From: a virus
Strand: one strand, 5' to 3'
DNA: 64,000 nucleotides
Virus record (IMG/VR): IMGVR_UViG_3300027963_000043
Location: 69,592 to 133,591 of that record
Shown: positions 37,959-45,904 of the stretch, piece after piece
How the letters are laid out: each line of letters starts with the position of its first letter
How positions within the stretch are numbered: the first letter of the stretch is position 1
The notes under the pieces: model-generated
Seen by the model: the letters and a program-made list of their open reading frames with translations, nothing else
What the model was told of the DNA's origin: nothing
The model's database searches: none
Made by a program: the position numbers and the translations under genes

Positions 37959-39023
37959 ATGAAAACAGTATTAAATTTTAAAAATATAGATACAACTAAA
38001 CAACCATTATTTCTTGGTGAAGACCTTAACCTTCAAAGATATGATCGTTTTAAGTATCCAATATTTTTTGAATTATTTAAAAAGCAAAATGAAAACTTCT
38101 GGTGGCCTCATGAAATAGCATTAGGAAAAGATAGAAGTGACTATAAAAATTTAACTGACACAGAAAGATTTGTATTTGATAGCAATCTAAGATTCCAAAC
38201 TCTCGGGGATAGTATGCTTTCTCGCAGTATTCATTCATTAAAAGATTATGTAAGTAATCCAGAACTTGAGATATGCATGAATACTTGGGCGCAATTTGAA
38301 GGTATTCATAGTTATTCTTATTCTTATCTCTTAAATAATGTTTATCCAGATGCTACTAAATTTTTCGATAGTATTATGGAAGATAAAGAAATTACAAGCC
38401 GCGCTGAGTTGATTAGAAATAATTTTGATAAAATTCTTGGAGATGATGAAAAGAAAGATCCCAAACAAAAGATTTTTGATGCTATTCTTTCTATTAATGT
38501 AATGGAAGGACTCGTATTCTATGTTTCCTTTGCCTGTTCTTTTTATTTTGGATACAGAGGTAAGATGGAAGGCAATTCTAAAATTATTAAATTTATTCAG
38601 CGAGATGAAGCATTACATTTTGCAGTTAGTCAAAATTTACTTAAAATCTTAAGAGAAGAAGATAAAGAGGGTTTTACAAGTATAGTAAAGAAAAGTGAAG
38701 ACAAGATTTATGCTTTCTATGAACAAGCAGCCAAAAATGAAAGCGAATGGTCTAAATATCTATTCAGCAAAGGTAGTCTACTTGGTTTAAATGCAGAAGT
38801 TTTAGATGGTTACTCTAAATGGCTATGCGATTCTAGGCTTAGAAGCCTTGGATATAAAAAGATATTTAATCAAAAAGATAATCCTATATCTGGATGGCTT
38901 GATAGTTATTTAGATAGTAGCAAAGTACAGGTGGCTCCTCAAGAAACAGAGATTTCTAGTTACAAAGTTGGAGCAAGGAAAACTGATATATCTGATGATG
39001 ATTTTGGTGATTTAAAGCTATAA
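37959..39023 (+). CDS. nrdB: Class Ia ribonucleotide reductase beta subunit
   Basis: FWWPHE, EGIHSYSY, EGLVFYVSF, RDEALH, APQETE. Confidence 0.98.
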   Translation: MKTVLNFKNIDTTKQPLFLGEDLNLQRYDRFKYPIFFELFKKQNENFWWPHEIALGKDRSDYKNLTDTERFVFDSNLRFQTLGDSMLSRSIHSLKDYVSNPELEICMNTWAQFEGIHSYSYSYLLNNVYPDATKFFDSIMEDKEITSRAELIRNNFDKILGDDEKKDPKQKIFDAILSINVMEGLVFYVSFACSFYFGYRGKMEGNSKIIKFIQRDEALHFAVSQNLLKILREEDKEGFTSIVKKSEDKIYAFYEQAAKNESEWSKYLFSKGSLLGLNAEVLDGYSKWLCDSRLRSLGYKKIFNQKDNPISGWLDSYLDSSKVQVAPQETEISSYKVGARKTDISDDDFGDLKL

Positions 39024-39053
39024 TATCTATTCAATTAATGTGTAATTATCTAT

Positions 39054-39386
39054 GTGAATCTAGATATTACAGCATTATTTAATATAATATTGGCAGCCTT
39101 ATCATTTTTAGGTGGATGGTTATTTACTAGAGTTTTTTCTCTTTTCGATAAACAAGAAAATCTAATGAAAGAAATTAATGATAAAACTTTTAGCGATTTT
39201 ATAACTTTAAGGAAAGAAATGGAAGCCGAAGGTAGAAAACATCAACAAGAAATATCAGATTTGGCATTAAAAATTTCAACTACTTATGTTACAAAAGAAT
39301 CTTTTGATGATTATTTTGATAGGATAGAATCTAAACTTGATCGTAATTTTGACATAATACAAGAGCATTTAATAAATAAAAAATAA
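39054..39386 (+). CDS. Single-TM coiled-coil protein, holin/XhlA-like candidate
   Basis: N-terminal TM (ALFNIILAALSFLGGWLF); GTGTAA 8 nt before GTG. Confidence 0.6.
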   Translation: MNLDITALFNIILAALSFLGGWLFTRVFSLFDKQENLMKEINDKTFSDFITLRKEMEAEGRKHQQEISDLALKISTTYVTKESFDDYFDRIESKLDRNFDIIQEHLINKK

Positions 39387-39421
39387 TCTTTACATTATTT
39401 TAATATATTAGTATCATATTA

Positions 39422-40354
39422 TTGATGGTTAATTATGTAGATATTATCTTCGGATTAGCATGGGGAGACGAAGGAAAAGGAAAAATAAGTAATGCTATTA
39501 GCAAAAATTATGATATTGTTTGCCGTTGGAATGGTGGTCCAAATGCAGGTCATACAGTTTATCTCAATGATAAAAAATATAAAACTCATATTATTCCTTG
39601 TGGAGTTTTCCAACATAAACTTAGCATCATTGGCCCAAACTGCGTTATCAATATTGATAAATTTTTCGATGAGATAGATTATCTTAAAAAAGAAGGATTT
39701 GATACCTCATTAATTAAGGTAAGTCCAAAAGCCCATATTATTACAGAAAGACATATTCAATATGATCTTAAATTTTTAAAACCAAAACTTGGCACAACAG
39801 GTCAAGGTATCGCTCCATGCTATTCTGATAAAGCATTAAGAATTGGAAAGATTGCTAAAGATTATTTAGATAAAAAATATATTTGGGATGGAGAGCTAAA
39901 TGGAAATATTCTTTGTGAAGGTGCTCAAAGTTTTTGGCTAGATATAAATTATGGAGATTATCCTTATGTCACAAGTAGTGAAACTTTGCCATATTCCTCT
40001 TGCTCTTTAGGATTTAGTCCTAAAAAAATTAGAGATATTATAGGAGTAGCAAAAATTTATGATACCAAAAGTGGCGTTGATCCTCTTTTTTCAGAATCGT
40101 TATGGAATGATGAGGATCTCAATAGAATCATAGAGCTTGGTAAAGAATTTGGGTCAACTACTGGCAGAAAAAGAATAGTGAACTGGCTAAGATTAAATCA
40201 TTTAAAACAAGCTATAAAAATTTCTGGTACAAATAAATTGATTATAAATAAATGCGATATTTTGCAAGATATTAATAAATATAAAATTATAACAGATGAT
40301 AAAAAAGGTCCAAGTCATATTGATTTTATTGATTTTAATTCCATGAAAGAATAA
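39422..40354 (+). CDS. purA: Adenylosuccinate synthetase (short form); apparent premature TAA, frame continues to 40417
   Basis: WGDEGKGK, GGPNAGHT, LGTTGQGI, EGAQ, YPYVTSS, STTGRKR. Confidence 0.93.
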   Translation: MMVNYVDIIFGLAWGDEGKGKISNAISKNYDIVCRWNGGPNAGHTVYLNDKKYKTHIIPCGVFQHKLSIIGPNCVINIDKFFDEIDYLKKEGFDTSLIKVSPKAHIITERHIQYDLKFLKPKLGTTGQGIAPCYSDKALRIGKIAKDYLDKKYIWDGELNGNILCEGAQSFWLDINYGDYPYVTSSETLPYSSCSLGFSPKKIRDIIGVAKIYDTKSGVDPLFSESLWNDEDLNRIIELGKEFGSTTGRKRIVNWLRLNHLKQAIKISGTNKLIINKCDILQDINKYKIITDDKKGPSHIDFIDFNSMKE

Positions 40355-40433
40355 ATAGTAAATGAATTGAAAGAGTATTCCGAAATAATATTCTCTGGAA
40401 ATAAATCTTCAATTTAATAGTGTAAACTATTGC

Positions 40434-40649
40434 GTGAGTAACCAAAGTGAAGCTTTAGCTATCTGTTCTGAATTTGCAGAAGAATACGGAATTGATTCAA
40501 AAGATAACAATAAAATAATAGTTTATATGAAAAGCGAATATATCAATGAATTAAAAAATATGCTTGAAAATAAAAACTATAAATTAAAATCTTTTCAAGT
40601 ATACGGTGATGAAGCAATAGTGTATTTTATTCCTAAAAAAAGAAAATAA
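40434..40649 (+). CDS. Hypothetical 71-aa protein
   Basis: GTG start 8 nt after GTGTAA. Confidence 0.7.
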   Translation: MSNQSEALAICSEFAEEYGIDSKDNNKIIVYMKSEYINELKNMLENKNYKLKSFQVYGDEAIVYFIPKKRK

Positions 40650-40650
40650 G

Positions 40651-40722
40651 AGCCAGAAATCGGATTTGAACCGATGACCTACGGTTTACAAAACCGTTGC
40701 ACTACCGCTGTGCTATTCTGGC
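40651..40722 (-). tRNA. trnT: tRNA-Thr(UGU), CCA not encoded
   Basis: GCCAGAA/TTCTGGC acceptor, ACGGT-TTTGTAA-ACCGT anticodon arm, GGTTCAAATCC T-loop. Confidence 0.95.
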
Positions 40723-41192
40723 TTAATTAAAGTTGGCGAATGCTGTGGAATTTCTATCATACTTTGGTCATTCTTCATTTTTTCTAAATCCGCTGTTCTT
40801 CGCCTTAATTCACTAGAAGAATAAATATGACCACGTTTATGATAATGAAGCTCAATTCCATTTTTAATGCAATAATCTTTTCCAGTAAAATCTCTATTTA
40901 AATATTCTTCGCTTAAAAATCTTATATCTATTTTTTGAGTCATTATTAATTGAAGTAAATCGAATTCCGTACTATATACTAATATTTCATCCACATATTT
41001 ACAAGCTTGCAATTGAACATATCTTTCGTATATGCTTTGAATTGGTTTATTTTTAACTCCTGGCCTATCAATTGTTGGATCTACTTGTAGTGCGACTTTT
41101 AAATAATCACACAAATCCCTTTCCATTTTAAGCATTGTTACATGACCAGCATGAAGCAGATCAAAACTGCTGCAATTAAAACCTATTTTCAT
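40713..41192 (-). CDS. Cytidylyltransferase (TagD-like, HxGH); on minus strand, ORF track strand label is wrong
   Basis: Plus strand at 41178-41192 reads aaaacctattttcat = RC of ATGAAAATAGGTTTT; FDLLHAGH motif. Confidence 0.92.
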   Translation of the reverse strand: MKIGFNCSSFDLLHAGHVTMLKMERDLCDYLKVALQVDPTIDRPGVKNKPIQSIYERYVQLQACKYVDEILVYSTEFDLLQLIMTQKIDIRFLSEEYLNRDFTGKDYCIKNGIELHYHKRGHIYSSSELRRRTADLEKMKNDQSMIEIPQHSPTLIKPE

Positions 41193-41238
41193 AATATATT
41201 ATATTGACTTTATTATAAAAATTATATATTATATTAAT

Positions 41239-41445
41239 ATGAGGTTAATATTGTCATATATTTTATATTTTATTGGTGATATTATAAGCAGAACACTTAT
41301 GTTTTGGGGTTATGGATTTAAATTTTATAATAAAATAATGCTTTGGAGCGTTGATTTAGATCAGGAAGGAAAAATTTGGAAACATGTTAAACCAAAAAAA
41401 ACAAGGAAAAAGAAAAATGTTAAAAAAAATTCTAGAATTCATTGA
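41239..41445 (+). CDS. Small hypothetical protein with hydrophobic N-terminus
   Basis: TTGACT-17-TATTAT-6-ATG promoter. Confidence 0.65.
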   Translation: MRLILSYILYFIGDIISRTLMFWGYGFKFYNKIMLWSVDLDQEGKIWKHVKPKKTRKKKNVKKNSRIH

Positions 41446-41707
41446 TGGAGTTTTTGAGGAAGAAAAAGAGCAACCAGTATTAGGTACTCTTTATAAAATC
41501 AAAGGCGAAGTTTTGCCATTTAGATATATTAGATTTACTAACGAAGTTTACTCAAATAAACCAGTATACCACTTCAAACATCATCAATTAAAACAATATA
41601 AATTCAATGATCTTTCTAAAGTAGAAAGAAAAGCCAATAACGAAGAAGTGAGAATATATAATCTAATAAAAGATCATGTAAATGAAGTTGCAGAGAATAA
41701 TGATTAA
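41417..41707 (+). CDS. Hypothetical protein
   Basis: ORF; probable start ATG 41417. Confidence 0.65.
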   Translation: MLKKILEFIDGVFEEEKEQPVLGTLYKIKGEVLPFRYIRFTNEVYSNKPVYHFKHHQLKQYKFNDLSKVERKANNEEVRIYNLIKDHVNEVAENND

Positions 41708-41713
41708 TTTTTT

Positions 41714-41785
41714 TGCCTAGTAACTCAATGGTAGAGTGTTTCCCTGTTAAGGAAGTGGTTCTAGGTTCAAATCCTAGCTAGGCAG
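41714..41785 (+). tRNA. trnN: tRNA-Asn(GUU), CCA not encoded
   Basis: TGCCTAG/CTAGGCA acceptor, CTGTTAA loop, GGTTCAAATCC. Confidence 0.93.
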
Positions 41786-41787
41786 AT

Positions 41788-41873
41788 GGAACGATGGCTG
41801 AGTGGCCTAAAGCAGAAGTTTACTAAACTTCCGAGGTTAATTCCATCCGTGGGTTCGAATCCTACTCGTTCCG
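41788..41873 (+). tRNA. trnS: tRNA-Ser(ACU), class II with long variable arm; unusual A34 anticodon
   Basis: GGAACGA/TCGTTCC acceptor, G73, GAAGT-TTACTAA-ACTTC anticodon arm, GGTTCGAATCC. Confidence 0.9.
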
Positions 41874-41882
41874 AAAATATCA

Positions 41883-41909
41883 TATTTGCTAACAAGAAAA
41901 TGCCAAATA
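41883..41909 (+). repeat. Isolated copy of 27-bp dyad element TATTTGCTAAC-N9-CCAAATA
   Basis: Same fixed positions as the three tandem copies at 43134-43226. Confidence 0.8.
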
Positions 41910-41914
41910 TATAT

Positions 41915-41951
41915 TTGACAAAATAACAATATCCATATATAATATAATAAT
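41915..41951 (+). promoter_or_regulatory. sigma70-type promoter
   Basis: TTGACA-17-TATAAT-8-ATG. Confidence 0.75.
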
Positions 41952-42245
41952 ATGAATAAAATTAAAACACTAGTATTAATTGCACTATTTTGTGCATCTT
42001 TAGGAATCGCTGATTCTGGAACTCAAACAGAATCCACACCAGTAGCAGATGGTTTTCTATCTGCTGGAGATCTTGTAATTGTTCGTCCAATTTCTACCGC
42101 AGTTACTATTGGTGCTTTTGGAATTTTCGCAGTAGTCGCACCATTTACCGAAATGGCAGGATGCACAGAAGAAACTTATGAAGGTCTTGTAGAGAAGACT
42201 GGCAAGTTTTCTTTTGATCGTGATCTTGGCGATTTTACAAAATAA
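41952..42245 (+). CDS. Small exported/membrane protein of a bacterial family of unknown function
   Basis: Signal peptide; GDLVIVRP...PF...F.R.LG pattern. Confidence 0.65.
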   Translation: MNKIKTLVLIALFCASLGIADSGTQTESTPVADGFLSAGDLVIVRPISTAVTIGAFGIFAVVAPFTEMAGCTEETYEGLVEKTGKFSFDRDLGDFTK

Positions 42246-42268
42246 TACTTACTAATTAAAATCTACTT

Positions 42269-42871
42269 ATGAAAACCTATATTCAAATAGGCAGTAATAA
42301 GGGAAATGATGATTTCCAAAGAATAATAGAATTTCTAGAAGAAAAGTCTAGAATTATTCTTATTGAACCAAACTCTTCTTTAATAGAAGATTTAATAAAA
42401 AATTATCAAAATCTTATTAAAAAAAATATTGTAATAATTTGCAATAAAGCAATTTCTATTAAAAATGAAATAACAAAATTATATTTGTACGATTCCTGTG
42501 AACATTCTTCTCTTATTAAAAGAAAATCACACATAATACCAAAAAGAGAAATAAATATAGAATCAATAACTTTTGAAGAGTTATGCAAAATTTACAATAT
42601 AAATGAAATAGAACTTCTTTTAATAGATACAGAAGGATTAGATTATGAAATAATAAATTCCATAGATTTCTCTAAAATATCAATTAAAAAATTAATTTTT
42701 GAAAAATGGAATTATCATAATGATGATCTTAATGAAAAATATAAAACTGGAGAAGATTTCCTTGAAAAAGAAATCAAAGAAAAACTACAAAAATTATATC
42801 ATTGGAATACTATAAATATGGGTGGAATGACTAATTACGAATTGACAAAAATTTCAAATATAAAAGTATAA
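42269..42871 (+). CDS. FkbM-family methyltransferase
   Basis: IQIGSNKG, LIEPN, LLLIDTEGLDYEII. Confidence 0.85.
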   Translation: MKTYIQIGSNKGNDDFQRIIEFLEEKSRIILIEPNSSLIEDLIKNYQNLIKKNIVIICNKAISIKNEITKLYLYDSCEHSSLIKRKSHIIPKREINIESITFEELCKIYNINEIELLLIDTEGLDYEIINSIDFSKISIKKLIFEKWNYHNDDLNEKYKTGEDFLEKEIKEKLQKLYHWNTINMGGMTNYELTKISNIKV

Positions 42872-42907
42872 ACTTGACATAGTTTATATATTGAATATCA
42901 TAGTCTT

Positions 42908-43231
42908 ATGAGCAAAGAATTATTTCTTGAATGTGATTGTTATTCAGAAGGCGTTAAATTCAATTATGACAATGAAGATGGACTCTTATACATCTCTCTT
43001 TATCAAAGAGGATTCAAACCAAGAACTAAAACTTGGCGTGAAAAGCTAAGATGGATTTGGCAAATAATTATTAAAGATGTGCCTTATGATGATGAAGTTA
43101 TTATCTCAAAAAATAAAATTCAACAATTAGCCGTATTTGCTAACGAGATTTCGCCAAATAAGACCGTATTTGCTAACGAGATTAAGCCAAATATAGTCCT
43201 ATTTGCTAACGAGATTTTACCAAATATATGA
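42908..43231 (+). CDS. Hypothetical protein whose C-terminus is built from three 33-bp repeats
   Basis: TTGACA-16-TATCAT-6-ATG; VFANEISPNKT/VFANEIKPNIV/LFANEILPNI. Confidence 0.75.
   Translation: MSKELFLECDCYSEGVKFNYDNEDGLLYISLYQRGFKPRTKTWREKLRWIWQIIIKDVPYDDEVIISKNKIQQLAVFANEISPNKTVFANEIKPNIVLFANEILPNI
43132..43230 (+). repeat. Three tandem 33-bp units, each containing the 27-bp dyad element
   Basis: TATTTGCTAACGAGATT-NNN-CCAAATA at 43134, 43167, 43200. Confidence 0.92.
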
Positions 43232-43404
43232 ACGAAAAAAGTCCAAATAATGGTGCTGGAAAAGGAGATAAGCCAAGAAATTGTTTCTCTAATAGGTTTA
43301 AAGAAAACTATGATAGCATAAACTGGTCAGACGAAAAAGATAAGTCGTTGATTAAAAAAGAATTAAAAAACAAAGATCGTTCATCTACATATATTTACAG
43401 ATGA
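43228..43404 (+). CDS. 58-aa protein with GKGDKPR...NYDSINW motif (small phage family)
   Basis: Manual translation; ATGA overlaps at both ends; not in ORF track. Confidence 0.75.
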   Translation: MNEKSPNNGAGKGDKPRNCFSNRFKENYDSINWSDEKDKSLIKKELKNKDRSSTYIYR

Positions 43405-43778
43405 CAGATTTTAAAAGAGTTTTAGAAAATCGTGCAAGTTCTTCATACATAGCAGAATACTCTGCTCCAAAGATTGAACTTGCTGATCTTGATAAACTAC
43501 AACAACTTAGAAATTTAAATCTAAATAAAAAAATAGAAACTCGTTTAGAAGAAATTAAAGCAGAGTATGATGCGTTAGTTTCTTTACACGAATGGAATAA
43601 TTTTGTTGATAGTTTTGATTGCAGAATAGAGTGTGTTATTGGTCAAGATTATTATTTGTATGAAACAGAAGAAGGTAGAAAATTTCTTTCTATTATCCAT
43701 CCAGATGACTTCACAATAAAGTATAAGTATCACGGAGCAACAAGGTTAAATAGTTTTGGATTCTTTGAAAAAGTTTAA
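43401..43778 (+). CDS. DUF2452-like protein
   Basis: IGQDYYLYE, FLSIIHP pattern. Confidence 0.65.
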   Translation: MTDFKRVLENRASSSYIAEYSAPKIELADLDKLQQLRNLNLNKKIETRLEEIKAEYDALVSLHEWNNFVDSFDCRIECVIGQDYYLYETEEGRKFLSIIHPDDFTIKYKYHGATRLNSFGFFEKV

Positions 43779-43813
43779 TTGACAAGTTTGACAATATATA
43801 TTATATTTGAATG

Positions 43814-44713
43814 ATGCGAAAAGGAGTTTGCTGTATTGTTTTAAGTCTAGCTGAACAAGATAATCCTATCAAGTTCAATACTATGACTTATGCTCGTTTC
43901 TCTGCTATGGCTAGGAAAGAAGCTCTTTCTACCCTATCCTCTAGAATATTAAACAATATGATTGTTACATATCAATATATCAAATATTGTGCCGACCATA
44001 ATCATACTTATAGAATTTCCTCTGACCTATTTCCTCTTATTACTTATGATAAAGCTAATGTATCATTACAAGATTTACCAGACTACGAGAGAATAGTAAA
44101 TCAATTTAATAATATCAAGAATCTAATTGAATCCAAGAACGCAAGAGTTTCTTGTCATCCTAGTGAATTTAATGTTCTTGCAAGTGATAACGAAAATGCA
44201 ATCACTAAAACAATCAAAGAATTAAATCATTATGGTTGGTTTATGACGCAAATTGGTTGCCCACTAAACTATAATGCACCTATGAATATGCACATACATA
44301 ATTCCAAGGGCAATCTAAATGATATAGTTAAAAAATTTATGAGTAACTTTCAAAGACTATCAGATGATGTGAAGTCTAGATTAGTAATAGAAAATGATGA
44401 TAAAGACACTTGCTGGTCAGTTAAGAAACTTATGAAGCATTTTCATTCTATTTCTAATATTCCTATTACTTTTGATTATCTTCATCATAAATGTCATCCA
44501 GATAATCTATCAGAGGAACAAGCATTTCATCTTGCACGAATTACTTGGGGTAATCATACTCCATTATTTCATTATTCAGAAAGTATTGATGGTCATAAAA
44601 ATCCTAGAAAACACGCTGATTATGCAAAAAACTTGCCAAATACTTATGGATATGATAATATAGATATTGATTTTGAATTAAAAATGAAAGAACAATCTTT
44701 TGCAAAACTATGA
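43814..44713 (+). CDS. uvsE: UV damage endonuclease
   Basis: YRISSDLFP, HPSEFNVL, IENDD, FDYLHH, HYSES, RKHAD, ELKMKE. Confidence 0.95.
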   Translation: MRKGVCCIVLSLAEQDNPIKFNTMTYARFSAMARKEALSTLSSRILNNMIVTYQYIKYCADHNHTYRISSDLFPLITYDKANVSLQDLPDYERIVNQFNNIKNLIESKNARVSCHPSEFNVLASDNENAITKTIKELNHYGWFMTQIGCPLNYNAPMNMHIHNSKGNLNDIVKKFMSNFQRLSDDVKSRLVIENDDKDTCWSVKKLMKHFHSISNIPITFDYLHHKCHPDNLSEEQAFHLARITWGNHTPLFHYSESIDGHKNPRKHADYAKNLPNTYGYDNIDIDFELKMKEQSFAKL

Positions 44714-44946
44714 ATAAATGGCATCGTAAAGGCAAAATCCAAGAACAAGTAGAAAAAGAATTTCAACAGAATCATTGGATGAGTTTTTGTAAAATAAATA
44801 ATCCAGATTTATACAATAAAGAATTACAAAAAGTAGTTCATAATCGTTTTATAGGTATTCGTGGGAACACAAGTTCTTTTGGCAAAACTTATAAAGGTCA
44901 TAGTATAGCCAGAGCAAACAGAAAAAATTTTTTTTACGGAAATTAA
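44710..44946 (+). CDS. Hypothetical 78-aa basic protein
   Basis: ATGA-coupled ORF. Confidence 0.65.
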   Translation: MNKWHRKGKIQEQVEKEFQQNHWMSFCKINNPDLYNKELQKVVHNRFIGIRGNTSSFGKTYKGHSIARANRKNFFYGN

Positions 44947-44975
44947 CTCAATAATACAAAAAACTTTTTTAACTT

Positions 44976-45818
44976 ATGAAAAATAAAGATAAATTAAAAG
45001 CAATTTTTCCTAATCCACAAGATATATTTAAAATGTTTCATATTGATTTTGATACTGGATATATATATTTAAGAAAACCTTGGGATAACAACATAGAAAA
45101 AAGAGTAGGCAGATCAACAACAGATAATCTTTATACAAGAGTTAATGTTAATTGCCCACATTTAGATCATATTTTTAAAAGAGGATATACAGATGTTCTT
45201 GCTCATAGATTAATATATTATGCCCATACTGGACACTTACCAGAAAAGGTAGATCATAAAAGAAAAGATGTTGAATATCTGGATGCAATTTCTAATTTAA
45301 CAGCATCAGATTCTATACATAATAGATGGAATACAAAAAAAGTAAATAGAAAAAGATTATCGTCAGAGCAAAGAATCGACAATTCTCCATCGGCTTACAA
45401 ACAAAGAAACGCACAACAATACAGAGGAGTTTATGTTGCTTATGGTTATTATTGGGCTAGATTTGATGGTAAAATAATTAATGAAAATGGATTTATTCAC
45501 GAAATACTTGCGGTAAATTGTAGAAACAAACATCTTAAAAAAGAATTTATTAAAATGTATGGTTCTTTAGATAATTTTCCAGAAAATGCTTTAGATATTA
45601 TAGATGAACAAGAATTATTTTTAGAACAAATGAGTCAAGAAGCTATTGAAAAAACTTCCGAATATCAAGAAGAACAAAAAGTAATAAAAACAGAAATGAA
45701 AAAAAAATCAGATATGGCATCTCAAAGAAAATTAAAAAAACAAGAATTTTTAAAAAATAAAATATCAGTTAAAGTAGAGGATGACCCATTTGATTGTATA
45801 GGTAAATATGACCCATAA
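44976..45818 (+). mobile_element. Free-standing HNH homing endonuclease-like gene with AP2-like DNA-binding region
   Basis: LAHRLIY, VDHK, SNLT...HNRWN, YRGV...YWAR. Confidence 0.72.
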
Positions 45819-45828
45819 GGTATATGAA

Positions 45829-45897
45829 ATGTTTATAGTGATTTTAGGCGTGATAGCTAATATCGTGCTTATAATTAATGCTATTCATCATTGGTAA
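45829..45897 (+). CDS. 22-aa hydrophobic micropeptide MFIVILGVIANIVLIINAIHHW
   Basis: Fills the gap; single TM character. Confidence 0.45.
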   Translation: MFIVILGVIANIVLIINAIHHW

Positions 45898-45904
45898 TTA
45901 ATTT

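Noticed and set aside
1-39023. Inteins or self-splicing introns in dnaE, dnaB, recA, nrdA, nrdB
   Set aside because: Lengths are ordinary, frames are continuous, and no C/S...HN-C/S/T intein ends or LAGLIDADG motifs were seen.
39422-40354. PurZ / 2-aminoadenine (Z) genome system
   Set aside because: The enzyme keeps the PurA catalytic Asp (WGDEGKG, not GSTGKG). No dATPase or MazZ/DUF550 partner is visible, and the polymerase is DnaE-type.
40713-41192. Plus-strand gene as labelled in the ORF track
   Set aside because: The protein sequence given is encoded by the reverse complement (ATG at 41192, TAG at 40713).
43132-43230. CRISPR mini-array or integron attC sites
   Set aside because: Units are contiguous 33-mers with no unique spacers, and there are no cas1/cas2 genes. 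The GCTAAC half-site has no matching GTTRRRY and there is no integrase.
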